A stretch of DNA of 64,000 nt from the NCBI GenBank assembly GCA_026936335.1, contig JAPMXV010000057.1, positions 186,001 to 250,000 on the forward strand, written 5' to 3'. Each line of letters starts with the position of its first letter. The first letter of the stretch is position 1. Both the position numbers and the translations under genes were made by a program. Positions 1 through 12,882 of this stretch are shown piece by piece. The notes beneath the pieces were generated by a model. That model was given only the letters and a program-made list of their open reading frames with translations. It was not told the DNA's origin and made no database searches. The stretch is from Mantamonas sphyraenae STR306. Taxonomy: Eukaryota > Protista > CRuMs.

Positions 1-3000
1 TGTGCTCGCCGTGGCGCCAGTTGGTCACTCCTGCACACACTTCGTGGTAGATTGCCTGCTCCAGCGCCTCCAGACGGCCTCCGCGCAGCGACGGGCCCAG
101 GTTGCGCGGCGTAAAGAAGCACTTGTGCTCCTCCACGAAATCCTCCTGCGGGTCCACAAAGGGCCTCCACTGCAGCGGGTCGTTGATGTCATACTTGATC
201 TTGGTCGGGTCGCTGTGTTGGATGTTGGCCCAAATGTTTTCCGCGTTGAACAGCGTCTCAATGGACATGTATGGCACGTTGACCTTCACCAGCTTCTCCG
301 ACCCCTTGGGCAGGGACATCTGCGGGCCGTCGTCCACCTCAAACACCTCCACCTCTTCCGCCTCATAGGCTGCGTTCTCTCGCTGGATGTCCTGGCGGTC
401 CAGCACCACGTCCTCGTCATCGCGCAGCATGTCCGCCGTGATCTTACCCTTGCCCTTGTTGTCCGCCGACACGTCCACCGCCACGTCGCCCATGTCCACC
501 TCCTCCTCTTCCTCGTCCGAGTCATCGTCGTCGCCCATCAGCGCGTACCGCTGGTGTTCCTCGTCGCCAAGCCAGCGCTCAGGCAGCACGTACCGCTTGC
601 CGTTTGTTGTCTCCCAAAAGATCACCGAGCCGTCGTTCTCCAGCGTCACCACCCACGTGTGATCCTCGCCGTTCTTGGTTTTGCCGTTTGCGCAAAACGC
701 GTTGATTTTGGTTGGCGGCTTGCCCTCGACCTCCTTGACCGTGAGACCCAGAAACAGGTTGCACATGAGCATGGCGTGCTCCTCTGCGTCGCCCTTTTTC
801 ATGTCCAGGAAGTAGTTGGTGGAGCACCACACGTCGTCCATGCCCTGGAATGCGTCGACGTCGCTGGAAAAGGTGAAGCACTGCACGGTGCGTGCCACCT
901 TCAACGTGTTGCCCTGCAGGTCCTTGGGCGGGTTGATGGGTTGGATAAAGGTGGGGAGGAAGCGCAGGGCGCCCGATTCGTCGCCTGCCTCGATGAAGTA
1001 CTCTCCGTCCTTGAGCAGGGCGGCCGGGATGCCCTCGCGCCAGGTGACTTCGCGCTCTTTGTACACGGGCGGCAGCTCGCGCAACTGACTGGTCATGTCC
1101 TTTTCCAACACCATGCTGGACGGAAAGTCTGGCTGGAACCAGGCGGCAAAGTCGACTGTGGCCTCGCTGGGCTCGTCTGCGTTTGCGGTGAACAGCTGCT
1201 GGGCCGCGTTCTTGTACATGCGCGTGTTGCTCTTGTTGTTCTTGGGGTCGTACTGGTCGGTGGCGCCGTTGAGGATGTCGTAGAGGTCGATGTCAAACTG
1301 ACCCTGCTGGTCGTTGCCGGCCTCGTCCCAATCCCACGCGTACACCTTGACAGGACCCTTCTTGGCGAGGGCGTCGGGGGTGTCGCTCACAAGACGCACG
1401 GGGAAGTACAGCGTCTCGTCGAACTTTGGGTTGAGGTTGCGCTTGACAATCTTGGTGGTTTGCGTGACGCCGCCCCAGGTGATGGTGAAGAAACAATCGG
1501 TGGAGCCGTTGTCGTCTGTGGCACGAAGGTTGCTGGCCGAGTTGATCTTCACGGCCAGGTAGCGCATGCCCGGAACAGGGATAACAATGTCACCCTCCTG
1601 CTCAAAGCGAGGCAGGGTGTCCGAGGTCACCATGCCCTCGAGACCGCCCGCGGGGGTCACTTCGATAAGCGTCTCGCCGTTGCGAGTGACCTTTTTGGTC
1701 TCGCGGATCTCCAGGTCCATGGAGCCGTAGTCGAGGACACCACGCATGAGCACGTCCGCGGAGCCGATGAGGTCGTCCTTGCCGACCTGATCCCAGTCGA
1801 AGCACTCGATCTTGATGATTTCGTTCTCCAGCTCGCTGCGTGTGCCACGGTAGGTGATCTCGCCGACCTCGGACCAGGTGGGCTGCAGTGTTTTGATGCA
1901 GTGTTCGCTCTGGCAACTGCGGTTGAGGCCGCCCTGGAACATCTGCGACCAGTTGTTGTCAAACTTGATCTTGATGTACGGATCCGAGGTGCCGCTGCTG
2001 TCCTTGGCCAGAAGGTTGCGTCCCTTCCAGTCAGTGAAGCTGAGCTTAAAGTCCCACACCTCCTGGAAGTAGCCCATAAACTGGATGTCGCCGGCAATGA
2101 CGTTGCGGCCGCCCTGACGAAGGCGCAACTCGTGTTCTGTGGCGGGCCATGGGGATGGTGTGTGTGTGTGAGCGAGAGGCGAAAATGGGAGGGTGTGTGG
2201 TCTGGAAACGGGGCGCACTGGCAGTGGGAGGACTCACCCTGGGCGATGGTGCCGTCGGCCCACTTGTGGAGGTTGAGACGGGCTTCGCCCATCAGCTCTT
2301 TGCTGCAACCGCAGCAGCTGTGAGGAGAGGCAAAGACGGGACACAGTGAAAACAGGGTGTGGTGTGATGAGGGCGGTGCGCAGGAGTAGGCGCACACAAA
2401 GGGGCACGGAGGTGGTGTGTGAGCGGACACAGCAAGTGCGTGAGGAGGAGAGATTGGCGGCGCCGAAGCGGTTTGAAATCCAGGACGCAGGCGAGGCAAA
2501 ACACGGCGGCCTCAGGCTCGCAGGGTGGGTGGAATGGAAGGTGGGGAGGGATACAGAGGTGATGCAAGGTCTGTGTGGCAAGGGTATGCACGCGGGGATG
2601 TGTGTACGTGCGTGTAGGGCAGGTTGGAGCGAGACAAACGGCGCGTCAAGAGGGAAAAGGGGTGACGCGTTGCTCGCGCGCACAAAGGGAGGTCGAGAGA
2701 GAGTGGCCACGGGTGGACGCACATGAGGGCCAAGGGTGCCACAGGGAGATGCAAAGGGCGGTGGAGGGAGGCCCGGAGGAAAGGAGGAGGGGAGGGTGGT
2801 GTGTGTGCGCAGCAGGGGGTGCGAGAGGGAGGTGGCCCAAAAATTCGGGCGGTGGAAGCCGAGGAAAACGAAAAGGGGCGAAAAAACGGGCACGTACCCG
2901 ACGTTGAAGACCTGGATGAGGAGCTCCTGGTCCTTGAGGTCTTCGTAAGTGCCTTGCCAGTACTTGACAAACTCTGTGTCAAAGGTGGCGCCGTCCTTGT

Positions 3001-3283
3001 CGTCGTAGCCCTTGATGGACTCTGTGGTGAACTCGGGGCCCTTCTTGCCCGTCTTGACGATGCCCTCGCCTGCGTGACGGCGGTCCTCCTCGTGGTAATT
3101 GCCTCCGAGGGTGAATTTGACCTTGGGGCGTGTGAGATCCTTTGTGTTTTTGAGCTGGATGTTGCGCAGGGTGCACTTGAAGGTGCGCTCAAAGGTGGCC
3201 GCATCCTGGTTGAGGATCAGCGAGTCGGAGCCACTGTAAACCATTTCGTCCTGCTCGTCATCGTCGTCAAAGGCACTGGACAT
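1..3283 (-). CDS. Multi-C2-domain protein with CEP76/CC2D2A-type transglutaminase-like domain (3' end runs off the window)
   Basis: Predicted exons 3283-2898, 2317-2238 and 2136-<1, joined in frame by GT-AG introns. C2 motifs NLLAKDSSGTSDPYIK and NLRATDDNGSTDCFF...NLNPKFDETLYFP. Later motif DVWCSTNYFLDMKKGDAEEHAMLMCNLFLG...HTWVVTLENDGSVIFWETTNGKRY resembles CEP76/CC2D2A. Confidence 0.8.
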
Positions 3284-3455
3284 GGTTTTTGGATGTTGGT
3301 GGCGCTTGTGTTTTGGATGGGGACGCACGCGCGTGGAGGCAAAAAGTCGAACGGTGCAGCACATTGCACCAGAGGAGCTGGGAGGGACGCACAGACGCGC
3401 GGGTGAGAGAGAGAGAGCCAACGAGACGACGCGAGTGCAGAGAGAGGAGCAGAGT

Positions 3456-5880
3456 ATGATGGGACGTACGGATGAGCAGGGGGCGTCGTCGACGTCGCAA
3501 AAGCGACATGGGGCCGGCGGTGTCAAGACCGACCGCGCGAGCCAGGCGTTCCAAGCACAACTGGAAGCGCGACGAGCAGAACGAGAGCGCAAGCGGGCAC
3601 AGATTGCGGAGCGGAAAGCAGAACGCAAGGCACAGGAAGAGTGGGAGGCGGAAGAAGCACGCAAGGTAGGTCTTTTTGCTCATTTCAACGGACATCCGCA
3701 AAGGCAGGCGGGAAAACGGCACCAGGCAGCTGACACGGGAGGAGCGGGACATGCACACACAGGCGGAGCAGCAAGCACGGATGGAAGAGCTGGAGAGGAA
3801 ACGGGCGTGGCTGGAGGAGGAGCGAGCACGGCTGAATGAGTCGTTGAACAGCAGTCGAGACGCAAGGAGTGTGTTGACGGAGGCGGAGAGACGGCAGCAG
3901 CGGAGCGCAGAGACGGACCCGCTGAGCCGGATACTGGAGGAGAGCGCAGGAATGGAAGTGAACGGGTCGTTACTGGACGACTTTTCGGGAGAAGATCCGA
4001 TGGAGTTTGTGGAAGGCGGGGGAGGAGGCAGTGGGGAAGTGGAGGAATTGGGAGCTGGGACGACAGAAGCCACAGAGACGCAGGGGAGGCATGGGACGGG
4101 CAAGGGCAATGGAGAGGCGTGGGAAACATCGTCGGTGGTGTCGAGGGGATCGAGTATGAGCCAGAGAAGCAGTGTACAGAAAAAGGGAGAGGCACGACGG
4201 GCTCGCGAGCGCGAGGCGAATCTGGAGGCTATTGCACGGCGGCAGGCACGGGAGGAGCGTGCACGTAAGATGCGGGAGGCTCTTGAAGAGACGGTGGCAG
4301 TTGGGCAAGGGACACCACCAAGCCAACATGAGCTGCGTGCACGGAAGCACAAGGAAAAAGTGAGTGGACGCAAGACGGCGCCGGGAGAGGTGGTGAACGG
4401 AGAGTACCAGTCGCCGTACAAGGTAAGGACACAGGGGAAAAGGCCGAAGAAGAGCCACTTTGAAGGATCTAGCAAGTCGAGTGGGGCTGGGGCGGACGAG
4501 AAGGAGGGAAGGGAACGAGTGGACCCGCGCAAGGCAGCACACAGTGCGAGTGCACGTAGTCTGAAGGGCACGACGGTGCATGGACGCAAGACGAAGCGGC
4601 TGGCATGGAGCGAAAAGGCACACAAGGAGGAGGAGGAAGAGGCGAGGGTGGCACGTAGGGTGAGCCAACACCACCGGACGGCGGACAGGAACCCACGCAG
4701 CAAACCATGGTCGGCAAGCAGCAAACACAAGGAGATTGTGGCCAACGCGCCGCTGAGCTACACTGCGGGGGCGCCGCCAATTCTGCATATGGATCGAGAG
4801 GATGTGACAGTGGTGGAGGAGGAGCCGAGGTCGCCAAAGCCACCTGTGCCACGGCTGGGAGTGCGTGGCGGGAGCACACAGAGGGAGGAGCCGGAAGAGG
4901 GGGTGCAACAGGTGCCGCTGAAGCCACCCGTGCCTGTGGTGAAGAACAAAAAGGTGCCGAGTGAGGAGGAGCCGATGAAGGCGAGCGATCTGCCGCGGAA
5001 GCCTGCAGTGCCGCGGTTTGACAATGTGGTGCGACGGCAAAACGCAGTGAGGGAGGAAGTGGAGCGAGAGAAAGAGCGCAAGGCGGAGGCAAAGAGGAAA
5101 CGGAAGCAGGAGGTGATGGCGGAACGGCGAGAGAGGAGGCGGCGTGCGCGCGTGGAGAAGGAGAGACATGCACAGCACAAGAGGGGGAGCAAGGGAAAGG
5201 TGAGGGTGCCACAGGGGGTTCCTTCACTCAAGTGGGACCCGCAGATGTTGACGAACGAGCTGGACGAGTCGTTCGAAGAGGCTGAACGGCAGGCGAGCGC
5301 ACGGAGCAGTGCGTTTGAGAGCGAAGAAGCGGAGCGGAGCTCGTTGATGGAAAGCATTTCCCCGCGCAAGAAGATGCAAGAGGAAGAAGAGGGGCAGGGA
5401 CAGGAGACAGAGGACGAGGAGGAGTGGGAGGAGGACGAGGAGGAATGGGAGGAGGACGAGGAAGAGGACGGGAGTGGAGGACGGGAGCTTGCGGAGAGGA
5501 GGAGCGAGAACAGTGAGGCGCTGTCGGACATGTTGTACATGGGCAGTCCGCGAAGTGGGAGCGAACGGGATGGAGGATGGTCGTCTGCGGGAGAGACTGA
5601 GTCAAGCGTCAGCACTTTGGGCATGGGGGGATTGACACCCAGGAGTGCGGCTGAGCGAAGGGCAACCCTGCTGGCACGAGCACAGGCACGCATTCAGGAG
5701 AGGATGGAAAAGAGGAGTGCCCTCATGGACGAGTGGAGTGGAAGCGAGAGCGAAGGGGACGTGGCTGTGGACGTGGAGTTTGATGTGAGGCGGGCCTTGA
5801 CACTACGGGAAAGGATCGAGGCGGCAGTGCGGGGAGATGTGGTGTCTGTGGGTGGATTGGAGGGCGACAAGGAGGTGTGA
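3456..5880 (+). CDS. Low-complexity, charged (E/R/K/S-rich) coiled-coil/disordered protein of unknown function
   Basis: ATG at 3456. Intron 3666-3762 (GTAGGT...gctgac...acacag) joins EEARK to AEQQARMEE in frame with the 734-aa ORF. Confidence 0.7.
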
Positions 5881-5947
5881 GTCGGGAGGGGTATTGCGAC
5901 AACGCGCGCAATCCAAACATTAACAAAACCCAACGACAATTCCGAAC

Positions 5948-6581
5948 ATGAACAAGAGCTGGATTGCCCTGCTTCTGATTGCCCTTAGCGCCTTTGCCCT
6001 CGCCGAAGAGGCTGCCGCCACAACGGAGGAGACTGCCGCGGATGCGGAGGTCGCCGACCAGGTGGAGGACGATATTGCCGCTGAGACGGAGGAGGAGGAT
6101 GCTGCGGTGGACAGCGATGACGCCGAGGAGGACGCCGAGGCCGATGAGGAGGAGGAGGCCAACGAGAGCGAGGAGAGCGACGAGGCTAGCCTGTACGTCG
6201 TTGGCGCGAGCGAGAAGAAAGCGCAACCCGCTCCCACCATCCCCCCTTTTTTTCCGCATTCGGCCGTTTGTGCTTTTGCTTTTGTGGGTGATTTTGGAAG
6301 AGCTGACACGTGTGAATGGATGGGATGACCACAGTGACACCGAGGTGAGCGACGCCGACGCAGAAATCGAGGAGACCGAGGACGAGACCGATGCTCTGCC
6401 CGAGGTGAGCAGCGACGAGTCGAACGAGGAGGATTCCGCTCTGGAGCAGTCTGACGCCTCCGAGGAAGATTCTTCGGACGAGGAGGACAGCGACAACGAG
6501 GAGGGTATCTTCAGCAAGCGTGGTGGAAGCAGTGGATACCGCGGTGGCCGCATCGGTGTCAACCCTTGGGGCGGCTGGTAA
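5948..6581 (+). CDS. Small secreted prepropeptide, copy 1 (163 aa): signal peptide, D/E-rich spacer, cationic Gly/Trp C-terminal peptide
   Basis: MNKSWIALLLIALSAFALA signal. Phase-2 intron 6193-6334 (GTACGT...gctgac...accacag). C-terminus GIFSKRGGSSGYRGGRIGVNPWGGW*. Paralogous to 15931-16635. Confidence 0.85.
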
Positions 6582-6765
6582 ATTGCGACCACACGTGCCG
6601 GGCAGTCGCCTGGCAGCAATTTGGTGATGTCGGTGGCAAAACGAGTGAATGAAAGCACGCGTGTTGTCCGCCAGTAGGGGTAGTTGCTGGTGTGTGGCGT
6701 CGGAAAAGCAGAGACCTGGGCCAACGCGGCGCAGGCGCTTCCAACGATTTTTGTCATCATTCACG

Positions 6766-9700
6766 ATGCACGAGATCGACGTGGATGGGAGAGACGTGGA
6801 GGGCAAAGACACATGGAAGCTACGCGTGCCGTCATGGGTGACACGAGGGCGGAGAGTGGCGGGACAAGGACTGCTCCTGCTTCTTCAGTGGCAGCATCCA
6901 ACTCCAGACTGGATGGTTGCCGTGTCCCTCTTTCTTGTGCATAGTCAAGCAGTAGCACTGCTCGCACCAGCAGGTGAGTGTACTTGGGTGCATTCAACCC
7001 AACACCGCGCAGGCGGAAGGTTGACAGACCTTTTCGTCCAGTTGTTCTTCCTGCGCGTCGAAAGAACACTTTTCGTCCAGTTGTTCTTCCTGCGCGAAGG
7101 AAGAACAACTCGACAAAAGTTCTTTGAACACAGCAGCACTGAATTGTGGTGTGCCAGAAGGGGACTTGGTCGTGGAAGACATATAACTCCTTCGAGTGAA
7201 CGTGTGTTTCGGGAGAGGACTCGTGGTTGTGATGAGTTCGCAGCGGCGGGCCCTTTTCGTCAAAAATCTACGATGAAAAAGAGTTCGACCCCAGGCTCGC
7301 AGAAACACGAGTGCTGGCACGAAACATCGATTCCAGCGGATTGGAAATGACCCTTACAGCATGCGATGAACCCATACATTGGTCGATGAGCACGTACGGT
7401 GAGCTCGTCGGAGAATCTGCTGACACCAAAATCCTTCTTTGCGAACAGGCATCCTGAGCGGACATGAATCTCACAGCGGCGGATCTCCCGTCGAACAAGT
7501 GATGCGTGCGTTGTTGCTTCTGACAGTGGCCGAGCACTTGACGGCGTGGGTTCAGGCCTTGGTGCTGGTCGTGTTTGGGCTTCTGGCGTTCACGATTTTG
7601 GCCACTTCCAGACAGTTCTTTCTGCTCATCTTCCCCGTGCGTGTGTTGCGCCAATTGCTTCCCGTGGCATCTTCTGTGCTGTACACACCGATGGTGTGTG
7701 TCCTACTGGCGGATGGCAGCGGACTGAGCTGGCTTTGCACGGTGCTCTTGTTCTTCATTGGATTCGCGTGGAATCTACTTGGATTTGACTCGAATCCAAT
7801 GTCCACGTCGGCATTGGCACGTCCGCATGGACGAGGCACCGCCATGTGGTTTGTGATCCGCAGCGCCTTGGCCATCGGTGCAATGACGAAACTGGGGGGC
7901 GTTTTGGACGATGAAGAGCGCGCACGGCTGTTTTTCATGGGCTATGCGGTGTTGGAGAGTTCCTGCGTGCTGGTGCAGTGTGTGATGATGCCTTTCTTTG
8001 CGCAGTGGATGAACCAGCTCTCGATCGCGCTCACAGTAGCTGGGATGAGTGGGACGCTGGTGGCAGCCGTGATGTCATCGGAAGAAGCATTGACGTTCAA
8101 CGTGGTGTGGGTTGTGTGCACTGGAACGTGTGCCGGCGTGGCGTGGATTGGCGTTGGACAACTTTACGACCGCAAGTTTCGCATGCCCATGGCCGGCGTG
8201 TGCGATCAAGACACTCGTATGGATCAGTGGGTGTATGTGGATCCATTCAACAGTGTGCTTGTGGTGGGTGGAGAGCCGCTTGAGGTGCGCTCAGCATTCG
8301 AAGTGGAGGTGTTTGCACGCTTGTTGGAGAACGAAGAGGACATGATGGCCTTCTACAAGTGTGCCCTGGCCCTGTTTCGACACAGTGCCTACTTGTGGCT
8401 GTGCTACCACCGACTCCAGCTCGCCGTGAGAGACGGTAAGAGCTCAGTCGACTTGGACAGTCTGTACGACTTGTTCCCACGCACAGACATCTCTCTGATG
8501 ATCGCGCTGGAGCGCACACGTATGTTGGACCACTCCAAGGATCTGTCTGGCCTTGCATCCCATATGGAACTGCAGGCAAGCCTGGATTTGGCAGAGTCGA
8601 GGCACGTGATGACGCTGCAGTTGCTGGAACGCTTCTGGAGTCTGCAGCAATTTCAGGAGGTGGACATGAACGAACTGGAGGCGCTGGTGTCCACCATTGT
8701 TCTGTGCCAGCGCAGGACACGCGCAAAGTACCTGGCGATGATCGATCGATTTCCACGCAAGCCGCGAGTGTTTCGAGCGTACGCTCACTTCATGGAGGAG
8801 GTGATGGGCAACGAAAGCGTCGCATTTCAGCTGCATGCCAAAGCAAACCAGCTGGAGGTGATTGTGGAGGCTCGGCGGAGGTGGGAATCGGGATTGGGAC
8901 ACAGCAGGTCATCGCTTGTGGTGAACCGAGCGTGTTCGATTGTTGCGGTGGACACTGAGTGTGTGCTGGATTGGAACTGCGCAGATCTTGTGCACAAACC
9001 CATCAGCAAGCTGTTTCTGGGCGACGGGATGTCCACGTCACACTTCAAAGAGAAGCATGTGTGGGCTGCTGTGTCGACTGAAGGCGAGCTCGTGCTGATC
9101 GAGGCTGTTGGTGAGGCGATGGAGCACGGTTTGACGTCAGTGGTCATCCGAAACGACCCGATGAAGTACGCGGGCCAGCTGCTGCTCGGATTCGAGGTGC
9201 GAGGAGTCAGCGTACCCACGTTGTGCCTGGTGGCGTGGAACAACTTGGCAGCTGTGTGGTGCAAAGAAGCAAATGTGCGCATCCAGACCTTGCGAGGCGT
9301 CCATGTGGACTCTGTGGTGGAGCCTGTGAAAGGTGGCAAGCGTGCGAGCGAACTGATGGACACAGCAGCGAAGGAAGAAGATGGACGGGCATGGGGCAAG
9401 TTCACTTTGCCTTTGCTTGCGTGCGGAGAGGTCAAGTGCCAGCTGATGTGGAATGAGCACCAGAAGGTGCTGTGTGTCGCCGTTGCTTCCGCACAGGTGT
9501 CCCATGCTCAGGCCGTTGTTCGACAACAGCGACGCAGGGTGTCCCACAGGGCACCTTGGGGTCGATCAACTCACACAGTGACACCGCCGACGTCGTCGAT
9601 GCTCACATCTCGTCGTGCATCCGTCGCCCCAGAAAGAAATCGACACGCAGCCGCAACAAGAGAAAGTGTGTGTGCCCAAGCATGCTTTGCTCTCGAGTGG

Positions 9701-12700
9701 TGGGAGCACATTGCAATCTGTCGACGAGGAGTCCGACACCCGCGCGCGTCACGAGGCAATTCTCGCCCGCGTTCGTGACTTGCGTGCACGGGTGGCACGG
9801 AATGGGTTGACATCGAGCAGCCTTGATGCTCGCCACAACGATGCGGTGCAGAGTTTGAAGCGTGTGGTGATGGCTTGCGTACTTCTAGCGCTGTCGCTGG
9901 TGGCACTGAATGCGGCCCAACGCATTTGGGTGCATCCCAATGGCACGTCCGCAATGACCCTACACGAAGTTCTCCATCACACTGGACGGGCAGTAGGCAA
10001 GAGTGAGCTTTACGCACGCATCCTTCAGGCGGACGGCGAGCGCGTAATGCTGCAGCGGAGTGCATCCACGAGCAATCAGTCGACGCATGGAAACTCGACC
10101 CGGAGACAGGCGTGGCTGGAGCATGTGCTTCAACTTGATGGTGTTCGGGACTATGGATCTCGCTTGCGGGTCTCGGGTCATCATTTGGCCGAAGCGAAGC
10201 AGAACATGCACGTCCTCCCGCCAGGATCGAGCAGGGCATCGGGTAGAATCATGTCCAACTCCTCTGTGCGTGTGTTCAGACGCAGCAAAAGCGGCGTCAA
10301 GGGGGGTTCAGACATGACTCTGTCTCCCATGGCGGCTACCTCGATAATGGCGCATTCCGTGTTGGCAGGAGCGGATGCAAACGTGTCTGCCATCAATTTG
10401 ACAACAGGGGCCTGGGATCGGCTCATGCACGGTTTTCACTTTGTGGTGGACAATGGCAAGGCTCTGCGTGGGGTGCTGGAGACCCAGTGCCTCGATGTGG
10501 TTCTCGAGTTTGTGGATGTTGTGCAACGGTTGGGGCTCGAGACGTCGTTGCGTGCGGCCAACGCCACAATTGTGCTGTTTTGCGCACTTGCGCTGGTGAT
10601 GCGCAAAAACGTGCATGCAACGTCATTGGAGAGGCGAAGGGCGACGATTGCGATTTCAAAGCTGGCCAAACCGGTCTTTCGGAGGCTTGCCACCCAGTAC
10701 GAGGCTTATGTTGCACGACACTCAGGTGCAGTGATGCCTGGAGTGGAATCGCCCTTGGATGTGATAGGGAGCGCACAGGCAAGCCCTCAATACGGCACGG
10801 AGGCTGGTACGCAAGGAGAGTCGACGCCGTCGATTTTGGACATGGAAGCGAGCGAAAGTGAGGATCTGAGGACACAACTGCGTTCAAAGGACAGGCGACT
10901 GTTGTTGGGCTTCGGGGTGACGTTCCTTGCACTGGGCATGGTGCTGGGACTGAGCCTGGCAACCCAGGAGCAGTTCTTGGCGAGAAACGAAGGACTGCGG
11001 GTGGCATGGGGCCTGCACAATGCGATCAATGATGCAAAGCCAATGGTGGTGGACTTTGTGCTCGCCGGATCCGTGTCGAATGCGACGGCGATGCGGGCGG
11101 CAGCCGGAAACGTGCGCAGATGGGTGGATTCCATGAATCGGGTGATGGCAGCGAATGGCACGGAACAGGACTTTGAGACGCTTCAATTGGTTTACACGCT
11201 GGATTTGTGCACGAAACACGCGTGCAAGACGGCGTGGGGGAGGCACCACGCTTTCCGGGGTGTGCTGGCGCTGGTGACGTCGTTTGCCAGAGAATTGGAA
11301 GATTGGGCGTCGCAAGGGACGATGGAGGGGAGTCGCGAAGTGGTTGCGAAACAGGTGTTGATTGAGCAGGAGGGGGTTTTGGTGTTTGCGGTGGAGAGGC
11401 TGGTGGACATGCTGATGGCTCGGATGGAGAGATTGATGAGTCTGTGGATTCCCTCGACTGTGATTGTGGATGGACTGGGAGTGATCTGCATTGTGTGTGT
11501 GTTTGGGGTGGTGTTGTGGCCAACAACACGGGATCTGGACGATGAGGCACAGCACATGCAATTTGTGCTGCTGACGATGCCGGACGAGGTGCTGGTGCAG
11601 GTGCCTCAGATTGGAGAGCTGCTGTATCTGTTCGATGATGATGAAGATGACAGCAATGTGAGGTCTGCCTCAGGGCAGTTGCGACAGCACCGGATCCGTC
11701 GCGTTTCCGAAGCAAGCGAAGACACGAACGGTGCATGGGCGGGGATTTTGCGGATGGCCAGGGGTCACAAGGTTGCATTAGCAACAGGTATCGCGGTGTT
11801 GTGGACGGCTGGGTGGTTGGTAGGCATGCTTGTGAACGAAAACGAGTCCGCTGACGGATTGGGCATCGTGCAAGCGGTGGTGGGCTGTGGCATCAGTGCG
11901 GTGCTGATACCGACGCAAGTGTCGACTACGATGATGATAGCTGGGCCTTGGGTCGTGGGGGCAGGAGGGTGGTCCATGTTGGAGGCGGTGACTGTGCTCG
12001 TGCCTGTGCAGGCCGTGTGTGCGAGCATGACGGCCTTGTGGCTGGTTTGGGGATTGCAGAAGGATGTCGAGTGGAAGTATGTTCGCTCAGTGGGTGTGGG
12101 GGTCCTTGTGGGAATGGGTGCGATGGTGCTGATGGGATTTGGGATCGGGGAGCAGGGGATGATGGGGTGGATGTTTCGCCGGATGGGCAACTGCTTTGGC
12201 CTGACCATCATGATCTGGTGGAATTCCCGTGAGGGCAGCCAAGACGACGGATTGGTTGGACCACGAACGCACGCGCTTGCACCGTACCTTGGGATTGTTG
12301 TGGCTGGGTTGACGCTGGTGGATTGGCAAGTGGGCGGGGTAGGGCACATCCTCGTCGCGGCGTCGATGACGCTGCTTCAAGGCAGGAAGATGAGGGAAGC
12401 TCTTCCGACCACAATGTGTGTCCTTGCACTTTCGAGCTGGATCCAAACCGCAGGCATGGCTGCAGGAGGACTGTACGCAAACATACGCGGGGAAATCGCT
12501 GCCGTTGGAGGTTGGTTGATGGTTTCATCCGTGTTGCTGAGCGTGTCGAGTCTGTGGGCGTTCAATCATTGGGAGCTGTGTCTGCGCTTGTTTGTTTTGT
12601 GGGCGTACTCCGGCTACGCTTTGGGGTATGCGCGTTCAAGAGCGGCGACGGAGGCAATCTCACTGGTGTTTGAGGTTTGCATTGGCCTCGGGCTGGGCTA

Positions 12701-12842
12701 CACCCTGAAAGCAGGGCGTTCTGCAAATGACCAGGTGGAACGCGCGACAAGGAATGTGGTGGGGCCAGCAGAACCGCAGAGCGATGGCGAGAGTCTGCTC
12801 CTGCTTGTCTCGGCAAGATTGAAAGAAGAGGACGTGAAGTGA
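6766..12842 (+). CDS. Large multi-pass membrane protein, TmcB/TmcC (tiny macrocysts)-like with degenerate PAS region and a C-terminal TauE/SafE-like hydrophobic domain
   Basis: Predicted exons 6766-6973, possibly 7360-7398, 7449-9496 and 9633-12842. N-terminal TM bundle. TmcB-like segment FPRKPRVFRAYAHFMEEVMGNE. PAS-like segment VVNRACSIVAVD...LVHKPISKLF. LLTMPDEVLVQVPQI motif. The intron joining the two long ORFs (9497-9632) has a weak donor. Confidence 0.6.
7030..7119. repeat. Intronic 39-bp-period tandem duplication plus imperfect inverted repeat (hairpin)
   Basis: cttttcgtccagttgttcttcctgcgcg occurs at 7030-7057 and 7069-7096. gaagaacaactcgacaaaag (7100-7119) is a near reverse complement of the repeat's first 21 nt. 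Confidence 0.85.
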
Positions 12843-12882
12843 TTGTGGAAATGAATCGGAGATGTTCATTCGTTGGATGTGA

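Noticed and set aside
2-2323. 773-aa + strand ORF (V/L/H-rich)
   Set aside because: Antisense shadow of the C2/CEP76-like gene, whose frame is missing from the track because it runs off the window.
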